64,000 nt of DNA from a virus (Duplodnaviria; Heunggongvirae; Uroviricota; Caudoviricetes). Positions 58,682 through 64,000 of the stretch are shown piece by piece. Position numbers and translations under genes: made by a program. The DNA lies in IMG/VR virus record IMGVR_UViG_3300027985_001053, one strand, 5' to 3'. The notes below the pieces were generated by a model. The model did no database searches, was not told where the DNA came from, and was given only the letters and a program-made list of their open reading frames with translations. The stretch's first letter is position 1, and each line of letters begins with the position of its first letter.

Positions 58682-58986
58682 AAGATTTTAACATAGGTGA
58701 TGTTGCCTATAGGATGATACGTCCTACAGAAACAGTTACAGGAGAATGTGCTTTACCTGTAACCATAGAAAGTGTTGTTAAAGAAGAATCAAATCAGGGA
58801 ACTGTTATCATAAAATATTATGTAACCTACGGAACTTTTGACGAAGGAGATTATTTAGAGCCTAAATATCTTTTTGCGTCAAAACAAGAAGCTCTTGATG
58901 GTATGAAAAAGATATTGTGTGAAGATTTGATTAAACTTAATGATAAAATCTTGAAGATAAATAATGCTTTGGAGGAAATAAGATGA
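58678..58986 (+). CDS. Hypothetical protein
   Basis: F.IGD.AY start motif, AGGAGG RBS. Confidence 0.55.
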   Translation: MKDFNIGDVAYRMIRPTETVTGECALPVTIESVVKEESNQGTVIIKYYVTYGTFDEGDYLEPKYLFASKQEALDGMKKILCEDLIKLNDKILKINNALEEIR

Positions 58987-60104
58987 AATGTTCTTTAGAA
59001 GAATTAAATAAACTGATGGATGGAAATTATGGAGACTTAGATTTAAGTCATACTCCAATTACCTCGGTACCTAAAGGGTTGAAAGTTGGAGGTAGTTTAG
59101 ATTTAAGCAATACTCAAATTACCTCTTTACCAGGAGATTTAAAGGTTGGAGGTAGCTTAGATTTAAGAAATACTCCAATTAAATCGTTACCAGAAGGCTT
59201 GAAAGTGGGAAGAGACTTATATTTAAGGGATACTCCAATTTCATCATTACCAGGAGATTTAAAGGTGGGAGGTTGGTTAGATTTAAGAAATACTAAAATT
59301 AAATCGTTACCAGAAAGGTTAACTGTTGGAGGACATTTAAATTTAGAAAATACTCCAATTAAATCATTACCTGAAGGATTAACTGTTGGCGGTTGGTTAG
59401 ATTTAAGAAATACTCCAATTTCATCATTACCAGGAGATTTAAAGGTCGGCGGATATTTAGATTTAAGCCGTAATCCAATTACATCGTTACCTGAAGGGTT
59501 AACCGTTGGAGGTAGCTTATGTTTAGGAAGTACTTCAATTACATCGTTACCTGAAGGGTTAACGGTTGGAGGCAACTTATATTTAGAAAATACTAAAATT
59601 AAATCGTTACCAAAAGATTTAAAAGTTGGAGGTACCATATTTAGCGATTTACCTGAAAGCGAACTAAACTACACAAAACTTCAACAAGGTGATTATGTTG
59701 AAAACTCATACCTCTTTGCTGATAGAAGCTTAACTCACATTAAATTTAAAAAGTCTTTTGATAAGTACACATATTTTATTGGAGAGTTTGAAGGTCAAAA
59801 CGTACTTTACGATGGTACATATTATGCACATTGTAAAAACATTAAACAAGGAATCGAGGATCTTAACTTTAAACATGCTAAAGATAGAGGATCTGATCAC
59901 TATAAAAATCTAAAATTATCAAGTATCTTAACTTTTGAGGAATCTAAAACAATGTACAGGGTTTTAACCGGAGCATGTAGGCAAGAAACTGAAAGTTTTG
60001 TTAATAACTTAAAAACAATAAAAGAGCAGTATACCGTTCAGGAATTAGTAGATTTAACTGTTAATCAATATGGGCATGAAACTTTTAAGAAGTTTTTTAA
60101 TTGA
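58983..60104 (+). CDS. LRR-family paralog 5 (10 repeats)
   Basis: Same architecture; GGAGG RBS. Confidence 0.9.
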   Translation: MKCSLEELNKLMDGNYGDLDLSHTPITSVPKGLKVGGSLDLSNTQITSLPGDLKVGGSLDLRNTPIKSLPEGLKVGRDLYLRDTPISSLPGDLKVGGWLDLRNTKIKSLPERLTVGGHLNLENTPIKSLPEGLTVGGWLDLRNTPISSLPGDLKVGGYLDLSRNPITSLPEGLTVGGSLCLGSTSITSLPEGLTVGGNLYLENTKIKSLPKDLKVGGTIFSDLPESELNYTKLQQGDYVENSYLFADRSLTHIKFKKSFDKYTYFIGEFEGQNVLYDGTYYAHCKNIKQGIEDLNFKHAKDRGSDHYKNLKLSSILTFEESKTMYRVLTGACRQETESFVNNLKTIKEQYTVQELVDLTVNQYGHETFKKFFN

Positions 60105-60138
60105 AGCCCTCATTAAGGGTGATCTTAGGGAGGAAGAT

Positions 60139-60321
60139 ATGGGGAAATACAATAAGATATTGTATAAGAAAATATTACAGTCGGTACTAGATTCAAAAGG
60201 TACTGCTTGTTATGCGGATGAAGATGAATGTATAAAGTGTCCTTGCCAGGAATACTGTGGGACCGATGATGCTAAACATTTCGCTTTAGTCGAGAAATGG
60301 TTTAAGCAGTTTAGAACGTAA
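60139..60321 (+). CDS. Small Cys-rich protein
   Basis: ATG 60139 after GGGAGG; C....C..CPC...C. Confidence 0.55.
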   Translation: MGKYNKILYKKILQSVLDSKGTACYADEDECIKCPCQEYCGTDDAKHFALVEKWFKQFRT

Positions 60322-60352
60322 CAAACTAAATGACGACAAATAGGAGGTTTTC

Positions 60353-60694
60353 GTGAAAGAGTGTGAATATATAGCACATGCTTGTATTAAAAGAAAAGAT
60401 GGTGTTTTTGCTACAGGTAGGAGTCATTCTGAGATAATAAACTCCTCTCCTTATGGAACATGTAAAAATATTCCATCAGAAAATCAAGGATTTATGACTA
60501 GTAGAAATAGATTTGTAGGTAGGACGGTAGCTTTCGAGATAGCTTACGAAGCTAATCAAATAACTGAAGAGATGTATGAGAACAGTTGTCCTAGATATCT
60601 ACTAAGTGAATATATTTGGTCAGATATGAGAATACCTTATGATTTAGTAACAGGTTATTTGTATAATGGAGATAATAATGATAGATGTAATTAA
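60353..60694 (+). CDS. Conserved-looking phage protein
   Basis: G..H..II...QGF.TS..RFV.R..A..IA...Q...L.SE motif. Confidence 0.55.
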   Translation: MKECEYIAHACIKRKDGVFATGRSHSEIINSSPYGTCKNIPSENQGFMTSRNRFVGRTVAFEIAYEANQITEEMYENSCPRYLLSEYIWSDMRIPYDLVTGYLYNGDNNDRCN

Positions 60695-60941
60695 AGGTCA
60701 AAAGATTTGGGTAGAGCTTACAGCTAAAGAAGATATGTTAGGCAATGAACAGAAGCGTAATATTTGGGAACTTTACAGTGGTAAACTGGTTTTAGATAAA
60801 TTTGAGACTACTTCGATAATTTTTAACGAAGCTCATTTCAATGAAAAAGTTAAAAAAGATTTAACTGAAAAACTTCTTGAACTCAAATTATTAGATACTA
60901 ATTTATTATCCAATATAGTTTTAAACTCTGGAGGATTTTAA
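60678..60941 (+). CDS. Hypothetical protein
   Basis: ATG 60678 after GGAG. Confidence 0.45.
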   Translation: MIDVIKGQKIWVELTAKEDMLGNEQKRNIWELYSGKLVLDKFETTSIIFNEAHFNEKVKKDLTEKLLELKLLDTNLLSNIVLNSGGF

Positions 60942-61092
60942 GTAAATACCTATAATGAAAACAGCTACTTAAGAGAATGTTTTAATAGTTAGCTAGTAAA
61001 TAAGTTAAAAAGCACTTCTGTTCAAGTGGTATTCTCTTTATTTTCAAAGGTACTTTTATCCGGTATTTTAATCCCATAAAACTTTAATAGAC

Positions 61093-61119
61093 CAACTATC
61101 CGGACATCTCGGATAGTTG
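61093..61119. repeat. Perfect 10-bp inverted repeat (likely terminator between convergent units)
   Basis: CAACTATCCG-GACATCT-CGGATAGTTG. Confidence 0.65.
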
Positions 61120-61196
61120 ATCTTAATAATATTGATACGTTTAAGCATCTACTTTCTAATAATTAGAAATCTTTAGAAGGTCAAGAGCTTCGTAGG

Positions 61197-61346
61197 TTAC
61201 TTTGTATTAGACTGTTGAATATTGTTCATCCACCCAAAAGCCACTAGAATCCACATGAGCTTGATATCAAACCATTTCATACTCATATACAAACATCCAA
61301 GAAATAATCCTGATGTCAAAAATCCTGTAATAATTTTCTTTTTCAT
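61197..61346 (-). CDS. 49-aa membrane peptide
   Basis: MKKKIITGFLTSGLFLG...; AGGGAG RBS on minus strand. Confidence 0.4.
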   Translation of the reverse strand: MKKKIITGFLTSGLFLGCLYMSMKWFDIKLMWILVAFGWMNNIQQSNTK

Positions 61347-61383
61347 TGTTTACTCTCCCTAAAAGTATTAGTATTTTTCTTAG

Positions 61384-61683
61384 TTAGTCAATGCACTCTC
61401 TAAGTAATGAATAACATTCGTTTTTGTCTGTACTTAAAGCTCGTACTAAGGCATCCCAGTTATTACTTATATTTCTCCATTGACTACTAACTTTACGCAT
61501 GTGATTTACATTATATAAGTCTAAACTATTTATTGCAGCAATACATCTTTTTAAATCATCGCAATCATGTGGATGATTTATATTAGTATTATGATCTCGA
61601 TCAATATATTGATTTATAATAGCTCGTGAGCTTAACCCCACATCACCTTCCACTAAGTATTTAATTACTCTATAGGCATTCAT
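61384..61683 (-). CDS. Hypothetical phage protein
   Basis: GD.GLSS.AI...HPHD..DL.RC motif; GGAGG RBS on minus strand. Confidence 0.6.
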   Translation of the reverse strand: MNAYRVIKYLVEGDVGLSSRAIINQYIDRDHNTNINHPHDCDDLKRCIAAINSLDLYNVNHMRKVSSQWRNISNNWDALVRALSTDKNECYSLLRECID

Positions 61684-61860
61684 AGCTTATATCCTCCCAA
61701 TTCAATAATAAGACATAATATTTAATGTATCTCTCTAGAGAACTACTTGTCTATAGGAAGTGTACTATTTTGATAAGTTTTGTGCAAGAGGGAGCTTACC
61801 TAGTTGACACAAAATACTTTTTATTAAATACTGATATAAACGGTACTAAAAGGAAAATAT

Positions 61861-62133
61861 ATGATTTGTACACGATGTGAAGGGACTGGTTATTTAAATA
61901 CACATCAATTAAACGAGACTATGGAAAAAGCCCTAAATGTTTTAGGTCCTGAGCTATTTCTCGAGAAATATAAAGGTTTTGTGAAATCAAATAAAAATGA
62001 TGTCCAGGTTTGTGATTGTTGTGGGGATAGTGCTCTATGGTACGGTATTCCAGGAGAGCATTATAATATAGAAGACCCTAAAGGACGTAAAGGGGTTTAT
62101 GGATACAATGGAGGGTTTAGTGAATGCCACTAA
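61861..62133 (+). CDS. CxxCxG zinc-binding protein
   Basis: CTRCEGTG...CDCCG...ECH. Confidence 0.6.
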   Translation: MICTRCEGTGYLNTHQLNETMEKALNVLGPELFLEKYKGFVKSNKNDVQVCDCCGDSALWYGIPGEHYNIEDPKGRKGVYGYNGGFSECH

Positions 62134-62508
62134 TGCCTCGAGACGAATATTCAGGGAAAATCTATAAATCGCCTTACGATACTATAAGGAGTAATGATTT
62201 TTGTGGTTGGGGTGTTGTTAAAGAATGCTATGGTATAAAAGAAGGTTCTTAGAATCAAATAAAAAATTTAGAAAAAGAGTTTTAATTTATTTAAAAAAGG
62301 AATACTCTTTATTTCATTTTAACGAAAGTATTTAGGAGGTTAACATGACTGAAGGTCAGGAAGTTTCAAATATGAATAACAGAACATAGGGGCTTATTTA
62401 ACAACCGAGGCTAAAGAACAAGCGGTAAAACATATTTTCAATGCAATTTAATGTTGGACTATTGTTGAATAATTTTATACAATGGATGAAGAAGGGAGCT
62501 TGTTGCGA

Positions 62509-62769
62509 ATGAATACGCAAAAATATTACAGTTTATACTACTCTAGAGAAAAAAGTATTTTGAAACTAAAGTTATTAAAACCAAAAGACCTTATGTACGA
62601 TTATGCTCAAAGAGAATGTAGTGATAAAGATCCTATATACTACTATAGTGATTGTTATTACTTATCACATAGTAGAAAAGACCTTAAAACTCTGGCATTA
62701 GAGATTAAAGAGGATTGGATTAGTGAGTTAAAGTATTTTCTGAAAATACTTGAGAATATAAAGATTTAA
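62509..62769 (+). CDS. Hypothetical protein
   Basis: ATG 62509 after AGGGAG; the ORF-track ATG at 62482 lies in a -10 box. Confidence 0.5.
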   Translation: MNTQKYYSLYYSREKSILKLKLLKPKDLMYDYAQRECSDKDPIYYYSDCYYLSHSRKDLKTLALEIKEDWISELKYFLKILENIKI

Positions 62770-62799
62770 AATTTTATCAAGGATAAACGAAGGAATAAT

Positions 62800-62988
62800 A
62801 TGGGAGCAGATAATTATAGAGATTGCCCTAAGTGTGGTAAAAGTCATGCAAGAGAGGACTACGAAATATACAGTGAAAACAACGAAGTACTAATTTACTA
62901 CTCAATTAACTGTAAGATATGTGGATATAAATATAAGATAGAAGAGAACAGACCATTTCTAGGATTGGAGGAAAAATGTTTAAAATAA
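62800..62988 (+). CDS. Zinc-ribbon protein
   Basis: CPKCG...C..CG. Confidence 0.55.
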   Translation: MGADNYRDCPKCGKSHAREDYEIYSENNEVLIYYSINCKICGYKYKIEENRPFLGLEEKCLK

Positions 62989-63191
62989 AGCATGATTATT
63001 TTATAGGGGTTAGATTAGAACGACATAATAACGGAATTGTTGAAATGTTTAAATACGGTGGTTTTACTTTACGAACAAAAAGACTAAAAAGCAATAGTTT
63101 AAAGGACTTAGTTATTGAAGCAAAAAAAAGAATGTTGTGTAACGAGGGACTTTACAACGATGTGATAATAACTTGTATAAATAAACTTTAA
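62976..63191 (+). CDS. Hypothetical protein
   Basis: GGAGG RBS. Confidence 0.45.
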   Translation: MFKIKHDYFIGVRLERHNNGIVEMFKYGGFTLRTKRLKSNSLKDLVIEAKKRMLCNEGLYNDVIITCINKL

Positions 63192-63247
63192 AAAGTGTAG
63201 AGCAATAATATATTTTTTTTAATAAAGCCTATGAAGAGGGGGAGATA

Positions 63248-63442
63248 ATGAAGAAGGCAAAGAAGAAAGCTAAACCAAGAAAAACAAAAGGAAAAACTCC
63301 TAAACAGAATAAGTGGAATAATGGATGTTATTGTCAGTCAAAGCTCTGTGTACCTGGGAGAGGTATTTTAAAAACAGATTATAGTAGGATAGTAATAGAA
63401 AAACAGGTAGGTCAATCCTCAATACCAGGAGAGAGGGAATGA
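63248..63442 (+). CDS. Basic hypothetical protein
   Basis: GGGGAG RBS; Lys-rich N-terminus. Confidence 0.4.
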   Translation: MKKAKKKAKPRKTKGKTPKQNKWNNGCYCQSKLCVPGRGILKTDYSRIVIEKQVGQSSIPGERE

Positions 63443-63720
63443 AGAAGACTTTAATAAAGAAAATAATAGTGTTTATCCCGATAACGCCCTTTTTAGTGAT
63501 AGGCTGGCTATCTGGTCATATTTACGAGATAACTAGTAGTATGACTGAAGGATATTTAACACGTTTAAAAAGAAAAATTGGTAGATAGGGAATACAAGGG
63601 AGAAAGTATGAAGATAGAAGAGACTACAACTATACTTGAGAGTCTAAGAGAGAGGTTTTCTGCAAAAAGCAATATACATGATAATCTAAAAGCAGAGAAA
63701 TCCATAGAGGAGAATGAGAA

Positions 63721-63987
63721 ATGATGGTACTTAGTATTGCATTTGGATTAGTAGGAGGTTATCTATTTTTTGCTGCGGGTACACTGCTCTCTGAATATAA
63801 ATGTCGATCAACAATAGGACTTATTTCCCTGGGATTACTCTGTTTGTTTGGTATGTCGATTTACTCTATGTTGCATGAGAGGGACTACTACTTAAAAAAT
63901 TATCCGGAGATATTTGAAGAGGAATACAGGGAAGATAAGATTTCTAAGCTAGAAAAACAAATTGAGGTCTTGAGGGAAGGTAAATAA
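63721..63987 (+). CDS. Two-TM membrane protein
   Basis: Two hydrophobic helices and a charged tail. Confidence 0.5.
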   Translation: MMVLSIAFGLVGGYLFFAAGTLLSEYKCRSTIGLISLGLLCLFGMSIYSMLHERDYYLKNYPEIFEEEYREDKISKLEKQIEVLREGK

Positions 63988-64000
63988 TGCCTTGTAGTAT

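Noticed and set aside
43123-60104. Diversity-generating retroelement or CRISPR array as the source of the repeats
   Set aside because: Repeats are in-frame coding units with no spacers. There is no reverse transcriptase or non-coding template repeat in the window, and the variation is not restricted to adenines.
1-64000. Alternative genetic code (stop-codon reassignment)
   Set aside because: Conserved enzymes are full length in code 11, and TAA, TAG and TGA all end genes at the expected positions.

Overview
AT-rich segment (roughly 30% GC by eye) of a large dsDNA phage with a contractile-tail baseplate (gp25-like and J/gp6-like genes). Nearly all genes are on the + strand in the standard code. 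Left to right: (i) a glycyl-radical operon, nrdD (5'-truncated), nrdG and a full-length pyruvate formate-lyase; (ii) a ~380-nt non-coding interval ending in a tRNA-like T-arm and acceptor half; (iii) nucleotide and stress genes, including an hsp20 behind a consensus sigma54 promoter and an Acb1-like 2H phosphoesterase; (iv) SbcCD, DnaX-like clamp loader and primase; (v) baseplate genes and a 1721-aa tail fibre with an SGNH esterase; (vi) a lysis cassette with a circularly permuted M23 peptidase, a holin and two overlapping coiled-coil membrane ORFs with no lipoprotein; (vii) NAD-dependent ligase and a long accessory region. The accessory region holds dNMP kinase, two DNA MTases, two GNATs, a decayed NADAR, DHFR, a CCA-type nucleotidyltransferase, DUF262, a Gmk-like kinase, SLOG, PPP phosphatase, CYTH, an ACP look-alike lacking the phosphopantetheine serine, and five paralogous 20-aa-repeat LRR proteins with hypervariable concave-face residues. 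A recurring regulatory design appears about ten times: a sigma70-type promoter whose spacer or -10 region forms a hairpin with the downstream Shine-Dalgarno sequence. The host is inferred to be an anaerobic or facultative, sigma54-bearing, probably diderm bacterium. All family calls rest on motifs read by eye; no searches were run.
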